From: Octopus vulgaris | Lineage: Eukaryota | Direction of reading: 5' to 3' | Length of the DNA stretch: 64,000 nt | Assembly: GCA_951406725.2 (NCBI GenBank) | Contig: OX597824.1 | Location: 16,740,001-16,804,000, forward strand | Shown: positions 1 through 14,413 of the stretch, piece after piece | How the letters are laid out: every line of letters begins with the position of its first letter | Numbering within the stretch: the first letter of the stretch is position 1 | Translations under genes and position numbers: made by a program | The notes under the pieces: generated by a model | Told to the model about the DNA's origin: nothing | Seen by the model: only the letters and a program-made list of their open reading frames with translations | Databases searched by the model: none

Positions 1-173
1 CATTTACATATTTGTTGTCCTCATTTATCGGATCAATTAGGCATTATTGACGAGGGGAATTTAAGAATTAATTAATTAATTAACAGCTTGATATAGTAAT
101 TTATCAGTTAACTTATTCATATCACATTTCTGATGGCCCATTGTTTATGTATGTATGTATGTATGTATGTATG

Positions 174-217
<44 letters not shown>

Positions 218-272
218 CACACATACATACACATATACAGACATACATACATATACACACACACACACATAC

Positions 273-323
<51 letters not shown>

Positions 324-527
324 TACATATATGTATGTAAGTATGTAAGTACTCACCAACCCTTTTTCACATTTTTATGCACTTAGATAAGTAGATAATT
401 AAGCCACACATTACTAAATTAATTAACTTAGATTTTACTTTTATTAACCGAAAATATAATTTACCAATTACTTTATTTACCGATCATTACATTAATTAAT
501 TTATCTTCTTATTAATTACAAAAATAA

Positions 528-1100
528 ATTATTGGTTTGGCAACTAGGTTCCCGTGGGTTTTTTTTTTAATTTTGGAATTTATTGCATTTCAAAATTTTG
601 GAATCTATTTTTTTCGAGAAATATACTTTTGAATCATTTTTTAATCTATTTTGCTTTTTTTTTCTAATTAATTCTAGTTAATGTTTGTTTATTTTCAGAT
701 TATTAAAATGGAATGTCAACGAGCAATTTCGACACATCCTTCTTTTTGCTTTTAATCAAGGTTATAAGACCGCAAAAGTTGATCGCGACATTTGTGCTGT
801 GTATGGAGAGGGCGCCATAGCTGAAAGAACCGCTTGTGATTGGTATAACAAGTTCAAAAACGAGAATTTTTATCGCAAAAATGCACCTCGTCCTGGCCAT
901 CCAGTTGAGTTCGGTGAAGAGCGATTAAACTAACTTTTTCACGAAAATTCTCGTCAAACGACAAGAAAACTGGTAGAGAAATTGGAATGCTTCCACATTG
1001 CTATAGAAAAGCAGGTCTCCTTGATGGGGAAAGGTTGAGAAATAAGGAGCATGGATTCCGCATGCTTTAAGTGACAACAACAGAAATCAACGAGCCACAA
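528..1100 (+). mobile_element. Truncated mariner (Tc1/mariner) transposon: left TIR plus decayed transposase N-terminus
   Basis: TATTGGTTTGGCAACTAGGTT mariner-like TIR near 530. Translation FRHILLFAFNQG...ICAVYGEGAIAERTACDWYNKFKNENF...APRPGHP...ENSRQTTRKL is a mariner HTH region with stops/frameshifts. No DDD domain or right TIR. Confidence 0.9.
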
Positions 1101-1164
1101 TCATGGCTACCGAATATTTGTCACATATATATTTACAAATATATGTATATATGTATGTGTATAT

Positions 1165-1375
1165 GTTTGTGCATTTGTGTTTGTCCGCCCCCAACATTGC
1201 ATGACAATCTATGCTGGTGTGATTACGTCACCTTAAACTGGCGGTTTGGCAAAAGAGTCCGATAGCATAAGTACTAGGCTTACAAATAATATGTCCTCGG
1301 GTCGATTGGCTCGGCAAAAGGCGGTGCTCCAGCATGGCCGCAGTCCAATGACTGCAAAAAAAATTAAAGTAAAAA
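1165..1375 (+). mobile_element. SINE family C, 3' half
   Basis: Matches 3' half of full copies at 25406-25856 and 51818-52225 (GGCGGTGCTCCAGCATGGCCGCAGTC tail). Confidence 0.85.
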
Positions 1376-1978
1376 GGAATATGTATATATACATATATGT
1401 GTGTTTGTGTGTGTGTGTGTGTATTCTGTTTCAAAGAATTTTAAGTCTTGATTTAAGGAAGGAGTTCATTTCGAACAAGATTATTCAGGACCAGAGAGTG
1501 TTGATACCGAAAACAGTGTCACATTTTGTACTCAAGAAAAGTTTTGCATAATTCTACTATTCCACTTACAGACTGGAGTTCTATGCGTGTAAACATCTCG
1601 ATTTCGTTTCGTGAAAATCCATCTTTTCCACACTATCTTAGAGGCAACTGAAAGGAAAAGATAGGGTTGATATAGAGAAGAGAGGTAAACTCGAGAAAGA
1701 TAATGAAGAAAGAAACTAAAAATACTAAGTACTTCTTAAATTAGCAATTCTTTAAATCTTTCATTCTTCCTCTTCTTTTACAGCCATGTAAAGGCTTTAG
1801 TCGAAGAATACGATTCCCGCTCTCACTTTTAAGCCTCATATTTATTCTATCGTTCGCCTCTTGTACAAATTACAGGGATGTAATTCCGGCTGCCGAGCAG
1901 TAATGAAGACAAACATTATGATACAAATACACAAGTAGATATATACATACGAATATACATACATATATGCATACATGC

Positions 1979-2023
<45 letters not shown>

Positions 2024-2052
2024 CACATATATATATAAAAGCTTGTCAAATG

Positions 2053-2111
<59 letters not shown>

Positions 2112-2484
2112 CTTCTCTTATCTGTGATATTATTTTTGACATTTATAAATGAAGATATTTCGTCTGTCTCTCTACAAAACGGAATGTTACATTGTAGGAC
2201 AATCAATTTAACGAGTTGTATTTATTCATCACACGACGAGATGCATCTGCACCACCGGATGCTCCTGAACCAGTTGTTGAGTGTCCTACACAAGAGGAAT
2301 CGATGTTAGATGTGTCGAAACAATTGTGATTAACAATAACTTCTTGTATATTCTATCTTCTGTCTTTCATTTGCTATACATACATACATATATACATATA
2401 TACATATATATATATAAATATATTTATATATATATAAATATATTTATACACATGCGTATATATATATACATGCGTATATATATA

Positions 2485-2588
<104 letters not shown>

Positions 2589-2604
2589 CATATGATGAGA
2601 TTTT

Positions 2605-2740
2605 AGTTTCCGTCTACTAAATACTCACACAACACTTTTCTCAACCCGGGTCTACATTAGAAGACATTTGCCCAAAGTGCCACGGAGTGGGACTGAACCA
2701 GGAACCATGTGGTTGACAAGCTAAATTATTCCATATAGCC
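2605..2740 (-). mobile_element. SINE family C, diverged 5' half
   Basis: GTTTCCGTCTAC...GGGACTGAACCAGGAACCATGTGGTT is the reverse complement of the family C head. Confidence 0.8.
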
Positions 2741-3307
2741 AGCTTGACAACGTGTTGTATAGGCATTAAATTAGTGTAATCCTCACACACTACTCATTTC
2801 GTAGGTTCGTGTTTGTGTTCGGGTGTGTCACCAGGCATTGTGTTGCATTAATTAAATTATAACTAGTTTCAGTAATTTGGCTTTTGCATAATTTTTATGT
2901 CCTGTCTTCCCTATACTTTATCAAATTATTTATACGCTCATTATATAACGTCATTACCCCTAAACTAATTTTATAAAACTTTGTCTTGTCCAACAAACAT
3001 GTTTTTTTGTAAAACACCCCATTTTAATATTTCATTTCGCTGTGTGAATATGAGCCCTGTGATTATTATAATTATAATCATAATCACCATTATTATTATT
3101 ATTATTATTGTTATTATTATCATTATTATTATGTTTATTACTGTCGTTGTTCTTGTTGTGGTCGGCGCTGTTTTTGGTGTTGTTACAGTCATTAGTTGTT
3201 AATTTGTGTCTACTTCAGAAATTATATTCATGAAGGCCCCCTATCTAAGCATGTCTTTTATTTTCTGTATTTACCTAGTCATAAATGTGTGGGTGTATGC
3301 ATGCATG

Positions 3308-3401
<94 letters not shown>

Positions 3402-3500
3402 TATACATATATACATACATATAGATATATATCTATATATATACGTATATACATACATATAAATACATATATACGTATATATATATATATATATATATAT

Positions 3501-3545
<45 letters not shown>

Positions 3546-3694
3546 CTGTGCATGCGTGTGTATGTGTATGCCATTCTCGCTGCTGCTCTTTCTAAAAATT
3601 TACATAAAACATATTTTCAGAATGTCTAAAGGATTCTGCAAGAATGGACAAGCATTACATATATTCAACAATGATAATAAAAAACAACAACAAC

Positions 3695-3791
<97 letters not shown>

Positions 3792-4316
3792 GAAAAGGGG
3801 AAAAAAGAAATGTCTCCAGGGAATACATGAACATTTGATCATTTGGAATCTGAAAGACATTTACGCAGCGTAGATTTCTTTGGCTCCGTCCAAGGCTCGT
3901 TGAAAATATCCTTCCATTAAACATGTAACCGGATGCTGAATTGTAATTCTCCTGCACACACACATACACACACACACATGGAAGCGCGCGAACACGCATA
4001 CACACACACATATGTATATCGATGTGTGTTCTTTTTTCTTATAGCTGATTTGTATTTTCGCTTATTGATTGGTTTACATATTTTTTTTTTTTGTTGCATT
4101 TACTTTACTTCTGTGTCTTTTCTTCTTCTTTTTATATTTTAAACGTATGAGGAATATTCGGTTAATCATCAATCATTGTCCATTGTGATCCAGGCAGTGA
4201 AAAAAAAAATCTCTACATCACCGCATTCCTATCGTAAAACATAATTTGTGGATATTAATTCATGATGGGATACTACTGAACGGAATATACACTGATTCTA
4301 CACTAGCACTACCGAG

Positions 4317-4612
<296 letters not shown>

Positions 4613-5164
4613 ATTAAGCTATGTAATATGTATTTCTCTCTGTGTATGTAGCTTTCTCCCTCTACCTCTCTCCCTCTCTCCCTCTCTCTGCATTTCTATA
4701 ACTAACTATGTATGTATCTATCTATCTATCTATCTACCTTTTTAGCTACTTATCTATTTGGCTGTCTAATTGCCTGCCTTTCTATCTCTTCCTCTGTCTT
4801 AATCACGCTCATATATATATACACACATCAATAATGCATACACACAGTAATAAACTCACGCATAAGCGCATATATCCACATACAAACGTACATATACATA
4901 GACAGACACACACACACCTGTGCGCGTACATTCCCACGCACATGCACCCACACAAACACGCACCCACACACACACAAACACACACTCACACACAAACGCA
5001 TAAGCACACATTAGTCATTTTGTAATTCCTTCAAACACACAAACACGTAATATACCAAGGTAAATGGACATTACGCATCTTCAAAGAATTAAATTTTAGG
5101 TATTTTCTCTGTTATATTAATATTAACGAGATCTATTTCAAAAACGAAAGAAATTTCAACTCTG

Positions 5165-5238
<74 letters not shown>

Positions 5239-5340
5239 ATACACACACACACGCACACACGTATATATATATATATATATACAACACATATTTATATACA
5301 TATGTATATATATGTTTGTATCTAATATACGTACATATTG

Positions 5341-5396
<56 letters not shown>

Positions 5397-6005
5397 CACA
5401 TATTTATATACATATATATATATATGTTGGTATCTATGTATATATATATATATATGTGAGTGTTTGTGTGTCAGTGTCATATAATATATGTACGTATATG
5501 GGTGGGAGAGGGTGAGTGTGAGCGTAGCATATATGGTTATATATACATATGCATGCATATAAACACTCAGACAGGCACACACTCATATATGAATACATAT
5601 CTATATTTATATGTATGTATGTATGTATGTATGTACGTAGTTATAAATCGTTCATATTTTGTCCGCAATGCGGATAGCACTTTTTATTTCTTAATAGCAG
5701 GGGAATTAGTTCCACCTGCATCACTAGACTTGGTCTTGTCAGTTGGCCGTGTCTCACCTCGGAAACGAGAAGTTTCGTTGTGATTTTGGGAAAACATTTG
5801 CGTTTTCGCGGACAGTGTTTGTTTCGTAGAAGTGCAGGGTCGCCCCTATGATTCATTTCCTGTATGCTGATCACATTATTAGCCTCGAAATAAATCGAAG
5901 GCTTTTCTGCACAGTTTGGAAATATGATTTTGAGCCACAGTACATACACACACAGACACACACACACACACACACACTACTTTTGGTTGTGATATAGAAC
6001 AGCGT

Positions 6006-6389
6006 GTGGAAGCACTCCGTCGGTTACGACGACGAGGGTTCCGGTTGATCCGAATCAACGGAACAGCCTGCTCGTGAAATTAACGTGTAAGTGGCTGAGC
6101 ACTCCACAGACACGTGTACCCTTAACGTAGTTCTCGGGGATATTCAGCGTGACACAGAGAGTGACAAGGTCGGCCCTTTGAAATACAGGTACAACAGAAA
6201 CAGGAAGTAAGAGTGAGAGAAAGTTGTGGTGAAAGAGTACAGCTGGGATCACCACCATCCCCTACCGGAGCCTCGTGGATCTTTAGGTGTTTTCGCTCAA
6301 TAAACACTCACAACGCCCGGTCTGGGAATCGAAACTGCGATCCTATGACCGCGAGTCCGCTGCCCTAACCACTGGGCCATTGCGCCTCC
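6006..6389 (-). mobile_element. SINE family A, full length, tRNA-derived head, 12-bp TSD
   Basis: Minus-strand head GGAGGCGCAATGGCCCAGTGG (A box) ... GTTTCGATTCCC (B box). TSD ATAGAACAGCGT at 5994-6005 and 6390-6401. Confidence 0.92.
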
Positions 6390-6519
6390 ATAGAACAGCG
6401 TAACACAGCTGAATTTGTAGAGTCCTGTTCAGCGTTAGCTTAATAAAAAAAAAAAGCACGTTTTATGCCCAAGTCATGAAGCGGAGATATTTTGAAAATA
6501 CCTACACTTATTTCAATAG

Positions 6520-7721
6520 AATAAGGCGTAGATATTGTTGTAATGAAACACCACGTTGGTGATTGTTAATGACAGATTTGAAATCGCTGTAATGATACAG
6601 TACTGTAGCCTTTTGAAGGACACAACTCAAGTGTGGGTTTGAACAGAGAAGGCAATGTTAGTTGTAATGAAAGTGTTTTACGTCAGTTTTAAAGACACCC
6701 TTCAGTAGGGAAGACAATATTACGCTGCCTGTTGTAATACCATAAGATGTAATAATAGAGATGAGTGGTTCTAACAGCAAAACTCAGCTTGCTACAGGTT
6801 GTAATGATGGCCCAGTGGTTAGGGCAGCGGACTCGCGGTCGTAGGATCGCGGTTTCGATTCCCAGACCGGGCGTTGTGAGTGTTTATTGAGCGAAAACAC
6901 CTAAAGCTCCACGAGGCTCCGGTAGGGGATGGTGGTGATCCCTCTGTACTCTTTCACCACAACTTTCTCTCACTCTTACTTCCTGTTTCTGTTGTACCTG
7001 TATTTCAAAGATCCGGCCTTGTCACTCTCTGTGTCACGCTGAATATCCCAGAAAACTACGTTAAGGGTACACGTGTCTGTGGAGTGCTCAGCCACTTACA
7101 CGTTAATTTCACGAGCAGGCTGTTCCGTTGATCGGATCAACCGGAACCCTCGTCGTCGTAACCGACGGAGTGCTTCCACCACCTTGGAGCTAGATAATAA
7201 CGTAGAACGCAGCGCAAGTTGTAATGAAATACTGGTTATTGGCTGCAACGGCGTGATTGTTCTACACTCCCACTCCCACCATGGTTAAGACCACATGGTG
7301 TTTGTAAATACAGATTTGGCAGCTGCAGAGAGGCAGCTTAGCTGTTAGGTATGATGACACAGTCCATGTTGAAACATATCTTTGTCAAATGCAATAAGAG
7401 CTTAGAAATGGTATCTTTTATTGACACAGTTTAATCCTGGCTGGAATGACATGTCTAAGGTCAGGTTGGAATAATAAACGAGCCGTTGCGACGAATAGTG
7501 GTTTGTAATAACACATGTCAGTTGTGGAGCGGTAGCAAAGAAAGAAGTCAGTGAGAGTTTTTATAACATATCTGATGTTGCAGGAATGACACAGCTCAAC
7601 AGTTATTTTCATAAAACACCTTAGAAATGTCTGTATTAGCAGTGCTTAATAAACGCAATGGCAGTACAGCGATAGTTCAAATGACACATCTCATTTGATG
7701 GTTGCAAACGAGTGAGAGAGA

Positions 7722-7795
<74 letters not shown>

Positions 7796-8240
7796 AGTTT
7801 GTTACAAGAAGCACTCAGATATTCTTGAAATTGAAGCTTAGTTGCTTAGTTTTTCTTAAAATGTTAGAGATCGGTGGTTTTGTAATAATGCACGAATAGG
7901 TTTGCCTAATTATGATTGTACAGCATAGTATTAATGCTGTGAAATGGTTCAATCACTAGACTTGACCGTGGTTCTAATGTAACAAGTTACTGATCACAAA
8001 ATGCTTAATGGTGGTTGCTGTCATTCATCAGTAACGGTTATCCTGACAAGCTGCTCATTTGCGTAATCTATGCGTTTTTGCACGACAAATTAAAAGCCAG
8101 ATTGACAGGTGCTTGCTTTCGAGTAATAGTGAATAGGAAGTTTTATCTTTTGAGACACATGAAGTGTGCTTGAACTCATCACCTTGGTTCTAGTAGTGGT
8201 TTCAAAAGCTACCTCAGCTTCCATTACAGGATTACCTAAA
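6520..8240. repeat. Highly degenerate minisatellite, about 24-25 bp period, interrupted by a SINE and a (GA)n tract
   Basis: GTTGTAATGA.ACA-like motif recurs at about 24-25 bp spacing, clearest at 6537-6680. Confidence 0.5.
6807..7180 (+). mobile_element. SINE family A, near full length
   Basis: Near-identical inverted copy of 6006-6389; A/B boxes; ends ...GTAACCGACGGAGTGCTTCCAC. Confidence 0.92.
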
Positions 8241-8259
8241 ATGGTGCGTTTATATAATA

Positions 8260-9747
8260 ACTAGCATTGCGATGGCTATTCATAAAAATCTACACTTCTC
8301 AAAACCTGACGGAACTCCACGTTGATCGTTTAAGCATGTGTGAGAGAAACCAACTGCTTAGATTAACCTGAGAACGGATTCATATTCATTATCAACATGA
8401 TGAGATTTTACAAACTTTCTCTTGAACAGGGAACATGATGGACATGGATTCCTTCATATTCTATGCTTTCCCTTTGTGGAAACAAAACTACTCTGTTTGC
8501 AAACACAGCTGAATTTGTAGAGTCCTGTTCAGCGTTAGCTTAATAAAAAAAAAAAGCACGTTTTATGCCCAAGTCATGAAGCGGAGATATTTTGAATACA
8601 CCTACACTTATTTCAATAGAATATTGTCATCTTGACGGGCGCCATCGTCTTCAACATCAAAGATATAATTTTCAAACTTACGTTCATGTGAACCTTTTGC
8701 AGGAAAAACCCCCAGTATATCGGTATCCAGGTCGATATATTTTTACTCGTGTGCCAAATGATACAGCTCTCATGCAGTGGCTTAGCAATTTGTAGATTTA
8801 CTGGAAGAGGCCCTTCAAATCACTATACAGATAAGTTTATAATTAAAACACCGATTGACTTGGTACATTCTCGTTTATTTTGAAAGCTCTCCTCATTTCA
8901 CTTAAAGATATGAGTCCGTCAAGTACAGTTATCTTCAGTGGATAACAGGTCAACTTCCTCCATCATTTTTTTTCCTGTAGCATTTCTCTTTATGTAAATG
9001 ATTCAGTAACTGTATTGAGAGAAATCTTCCACTTAGAATATAAAGTTCCAGCTTTGTGAAGCAATTCCAAACACGAGAGCAATGTAGTAGGATGCTGGTT
9101 AAAGAGGACCTTCGATATTTACTTTTACTTGAATTCAAATAGAAAATCCGAGAAGAAAATATTGCCTTATTCGTCATTTATAAAACCGATAACTTGATGA
9201 AAGTTGACTATTGCTCAGTGTCCAATATCCACACCAGTTCGGTAACGTTTAATTGCGCTTGCTCTCTATATGACTTGCTTCTCCTCTAGGAGTTTTGCTA
9301 GAGGAACATCGTTTGGATCTGAGTGAAAGAAAAGAAGCTATAATATATTTTAAATCCCCAACGAATATATTCAAAGCTTTTCTATATATTTCAGAGGACA
9401 GTGTGTTAGGTTTGTTTAACAGTGTCTTGCTTATAACTTTGGTGAATCATACTAGATTGGAGCGCGGAATCTTTCGTGTTTTTCTCTTGTAAAAGAAATA
9501 CGTTCCACCAGTCAAGATGGCCATGTTCTGTCAATAACAACACACCAGAGACGTTTCGGGATTTTGTTGCTAATAATGCACCGCTAGATATGATTTTTTT
9601 TATTATCTAGTTTCAGCTCGCAAGCTGTGGCCATGCTGGGGCACCGCCATTTGGTGTTGCTACATGATTTTACTTCAGGAATGCATTTTAGCAATTGCCA
9701 TTTGGTGCATGAGAGAGTTCGATGCAGCTGCCCTCATCTGCACCTCA

Positions 9748-9829
<82 letters not shown>

Positions 9830-9945
9830 TAAGAGAGTGGCCACTATGTGGCTCACTCTAGCACTAGTAAATCCAAAAGGTTTCAACCACAAAAATACAT
9901 GTTTCCCATGAAAGTCAGTACGATTGTTAGCTCACACGAACAGGG

Positions 9946-10003
<58 letters not shown>

Positions 10004-10640
10004 TACATACATACATACATACATACATACACATTAATAAAAGTACGCATAAACATACATCCACACACAAACTCGTAATATACCAAGGTAAATGGACATT
10101 ACGCATCTTCAAAAATTAAATTTTAGGTATTTTCTCTGTTATAGAGAAAATTTGTAGAGACCGATTGGTGATGACACCGAGATGTATGAGTTCTCTGCTA
10201 GAAATGTCTTTCCGCAACATACCTTTGACTGAGGTGTTATCCTAGGTTAATTGCAGTAAAATGGTATTTATTACCTACGACATTGCAAGGTGCTAGGAAC
10301 TACCTAAAACCACCTGGGAAACACGTTTGGTGAACCCACATTGTTTCTCTAATTCTGTAAGGGGCCAGTGGAAGGTATAAGTGACAATGACCGATGATAA
10401 TTCGAAGTGTGAAAGTGGCAGAGTATTTTTTTCTTTTTATTTTTGAAGAACAGTTCTTATCAGTAAGAATATTGTCTGTTTGGAGCAAATTATATGGACA
10501 TGGCGGTGTAGGGGCCCCTGAGAAGCAAGCAGTGTAAAACAGTCATCCGGAACACACTCATGTTGTGTTCGTGCAATGCTCATTTGAGGGTTTGTATCAA
10601 ATAGCAGTTATCACATGAGGATCGGATCCATCATCCAGGC
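8260..10640 (-). pseudogene. Probable heavily decayed Helitron Pif1-like helicase relic
   Basis: Minus-strand fragments GIASQ / GTLYSKWKISLN (about 9075-9010) resemble Pif1 motifs Ia/Ib. HA*TINVEFRQVLRSVDFY (about 8340-8280) resembles AMTINKSQGQTLxxVGIY. Order is collinear; many stops; interrupted by younger insertions; boundaries approximate. Confidence 0.4.
9605..9750 (-). mobile_element. 3' end of CR1/L2-group LINE (same family as 54190-54540)
   Basis: CTAGTTTCAGCTC...GGCCATGCTGGGGCACCGCCATTTGG...GATGCAGCTGCCCTCATCTGCACCTC is nearly identical to 54211-54350. Confidence 0.8.
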
Positions 10641-10669
10641 CTTTCTGGAATTCAAACTCCCGATTTATT

Positions 10670-10795
10670 TTACTCTTTTACTCTTTTACATGTTTCAGTC
10701 AGTTGACTGTGGTCATGCTGGAGTATCTCCTTTAGTCGAGCAAATCGACCCCAGGACTTATTCTTTGTATGCCTAGTCCTTATTCTATCGGTCTA
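10670..10795 (-). mobile_element. SINE family C, 3' end
   Basis: (TTTACTCT)n tail plus GTTTCAGTCAGTTGACTGTGG. Confidence 0.85.
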
Positions 10796-11780
10796 AACGC
10801 CCGATTTATTTGTCTAGTCTCCCGTTTTATTTTGGTAATGAAAACTATTAGACATAAGGTAGCTATGGAGAAAGACACTATATGATGGTTAGGCATGAAG
10901 ACATTCATTTCTTCAAGTAAAACCTCAAGACAAATGTAAGATTCGAGAAAAAGTTGATGTTCTTTAGTATATTCCAGTAAAAGAGCGGTCAAAGAAATCT
11001 AGTTAAAAAAACAACAACTTTACAGTAAAATTTCAGGGGAGCAAATTTGTGAGATGGCATCCATCTTTGTAATGTGAAGGTAGTCAGGAATTTAGTGTGG
11101 GTGCCACGAATCACAATTTGTAGATGGCCCCCATTTTTGTGATCCATTCTTGCTATTCCTTTGTTCTTCCCCATTGTCGTTATTGTTGGTATTAGTGATT
11201 GATATTTCGACATTATATCTATGAATTATTATTGCTGATTTCGAATTTTCACTCGATGCAGATTCCCCTCTATTTTTATCTATTTCGCCCTTGTGCTGTC
11301 CCCAACATATTAGTCCCTTGAGACAAATAAAAGAAATATTTATTATTATTATCATTATTATTATTATCAATATTATCGTTGTTGTTGTTCATGTTCTTGT
11401 TGCAGTTGTTGCTGTTAACTTTTCTGTGCCGCTTTAGAATATTAGAAATTACATACAATAACCTTTCAAATGATAGGATCTCCCTGTATTTTTGTTTTTT
11501 CAAAAAAATATATATCATAGGACGGTGAGGGCCTTTTTTTCATACCACTTACAGTTTCGTTTGTATATGTGTATGTGTGTATATGTGTATCGTCCCATAT
11601 ATATAACGATACGTTAGTGCGGCCATTTTTTTTCAAATTTTTTTTTGTGTATATATCACAGGTTGCTCTGTGCGTCTTTTACACATAATCATAGTTTAGC
11701 TTTGTGTCTTTAGATATATAATATATATAATATATAATATATAATACAATACAATATAACATAATATAAAATAATATATT

Positions 11781-11811
<31 letters not shown>

Positions 11812-11845
11812 TTGTATATTTATATATATATGTATATTTATATAT

Positions 11846-11915
<70 letters not shown>

Positions 11916-12609
11916 CTCACACATACATATATATATTACAGGCTTCTGGGTGGGTTATTTTTTATATAAAAACCATAGGTTTGTGTGTCCTTTTTTTTCA
12001 TCCTATATTACAAGTTGTTGTGTGTCTTTTGAAGGCAATTTTTACCATGTCAAAAAATCTGAATAAATGAAATAAACACAAAAAATAAATTAAACCCATA
12101 CAAAAGAAACATGTAAAAAGTTATGTAAAATAAAGCAAAACTTTGAAGCTAAATCAAAAGATACATAAGCAAACCCTTCTATTTTACATTTCCCAATGGC
12201 ATTAAACGTCAAACCATTAGCAGCGCATAAATTCATTGTCTGTTCCAAATTTCTTTTCTTTTTTCTTTTTTTCTTTTTTTTTTCCAATGATTTTGTTTGC
12301 CTTAGTTCATGTTGTTGTTGTTGTTGTTGTTTGTTTGTTGTTTTTTTGTGTCAGTGTAATTTATATTTTATTTTTTGTTTATTTATTTGTTTGTTTATTT
12401 ATTTATATATTTTTTGCATTGGTATCACATGTATTAAATAAGTGGCTAGAATTGGTTAGATTTCAAATCGAAAATATACAACGACAAATAAAAAAAAATG
12501 AAAAAAAAGCCCCCCAAAAAAAGACCAAATCGTGTAACACAGAAGAAAAAGAAAACACACACACACAAAAAAAAATAATGACGCTGTGAAACGCTCCTGC
12601 TGCTGTTCA

Positions 12610-12644
<35 letters not shown>

Positions 12645-12679
12645 GTACTACCACCACTACAATTACTACTGCTACTACT

Positions 12680-12713
<34 letters not shown>

Positions 12714-12751
12714 GTAATAATAATAATAACCATAATAACAACAACAACAAT

Positions 12752-12830
<79 letters not shown>

Positions 12831-13088
12831 ACAACAACAACTGTGATGGGAAATAATACATAGTAAAATAAAGAATTGATTACGAAAAAAGTTCAACTGA
12901 TGTAAAGTGTAGTGAAGGAAAACCAAAATCGTTCGGTTAGCTTCTATCTCTCTCTTCAAGCATATACTTACATACATGCATACATAGATGTATTAACACT
13001 TATGTATATATATATATATATATATATAAATATGTGTGTGTGTGCGTATGGCTACATATGTGTACACGTGCACATGCACACACACACA

Positions 13089-13168
<80 letters not shown>

Positions 13169-13308
13169 ACTACGTTAATCTGCCTGAAGAGATATCTACA
13201 TATAGATGCGTATGTATATATCAGTATATATACACTCGTTCACACACTTATATAGACGTATACATACATACATACATATATACATACATACATACATATA
13301 TATATATA

Positions 13309-13358
<50 letters not shown>

Positions 13359-13661
13359 CATGTGTTCACATGTAAGTGAAATAAATATACGTGCAAGGAC
13401 ATACCTACGTGCAAATCTATCTATAAAAAATATATATATACATATGCATATGATATATATATATATATATAGAACACACATATATACATACACATGCATA
13501 TATGTACATATAATATAATATGAATATATGTGTGTATTTTTCTATATCTATATCTGTGTATCTAACTATCTATCTAATGTATCTATTTATCGATGTATCT
13601 ATCTATCTATCTATCTATCTATCCATCTTTCTCTGTCTGTCTGTCTGTCTGTCTGACTCTC

Positions 13662-13725
<64 letters not shown>

Positions 13726-13727
13726 TT

Positions 13728-13775
<48 letters not shown>

Positions 13776-13793
13776 TATATATATACATATATT

Positions 13794-13855
<62 letters not shown>

Positions 13856-13871
13856 TTTTCTCTCTCTCTCC

Positions 13872-13928
<57 letters not shown>

Positions 13929-14365
13929 TACATATATATTTACATATATTCCTTTGTTTATTTATCTATTTATTTATTCATTCCAATATATTTTCCTTAC
14001 TTGTCTCATTCGCCGCAATATTTGTTCACCTTGTCCATATCATTTTATTGCCCTGTCAAAATTGCTGCTACAGAAATAATCAAACCGATTCTCGGATAAA
14101 ATGTTTTGACCTTTCTCTTGTCGCATCTTTTACCATTCACACACATTCACAAATATACCAACACGTAGGCGTATAAACACCCAAAAAGACACACATACAT
14201 ACACACACACACACACGTCTACACACATATGCATACATATACATACATGCATGCACATATATATATATTGATATATCTATATATTTATATATATGCATGT
14301 ATATATACATGTAGAGGTAGGTAGTACATATATGTATGTATATATGCATATGTTTTATTTATTTA

Positions 14366-14413
<48 letters not shown>

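Noticed and set aside
3872-3893. Minus-strand TGGACGGAG, miR-184-like 5' end
   Set aside because: Seed only; no hairpin.
9896-9905. Minus-strand GAAACATGTA hammerhead 3' half in a TA-flanked island
   Set aside because: No CUGANGA or stem I upstream; at most a truncated remnant.
11654-11675. TATCACAG miR-2-like seed
   Set aside because: Rest does not match miR-2 and there is no complementary arm.
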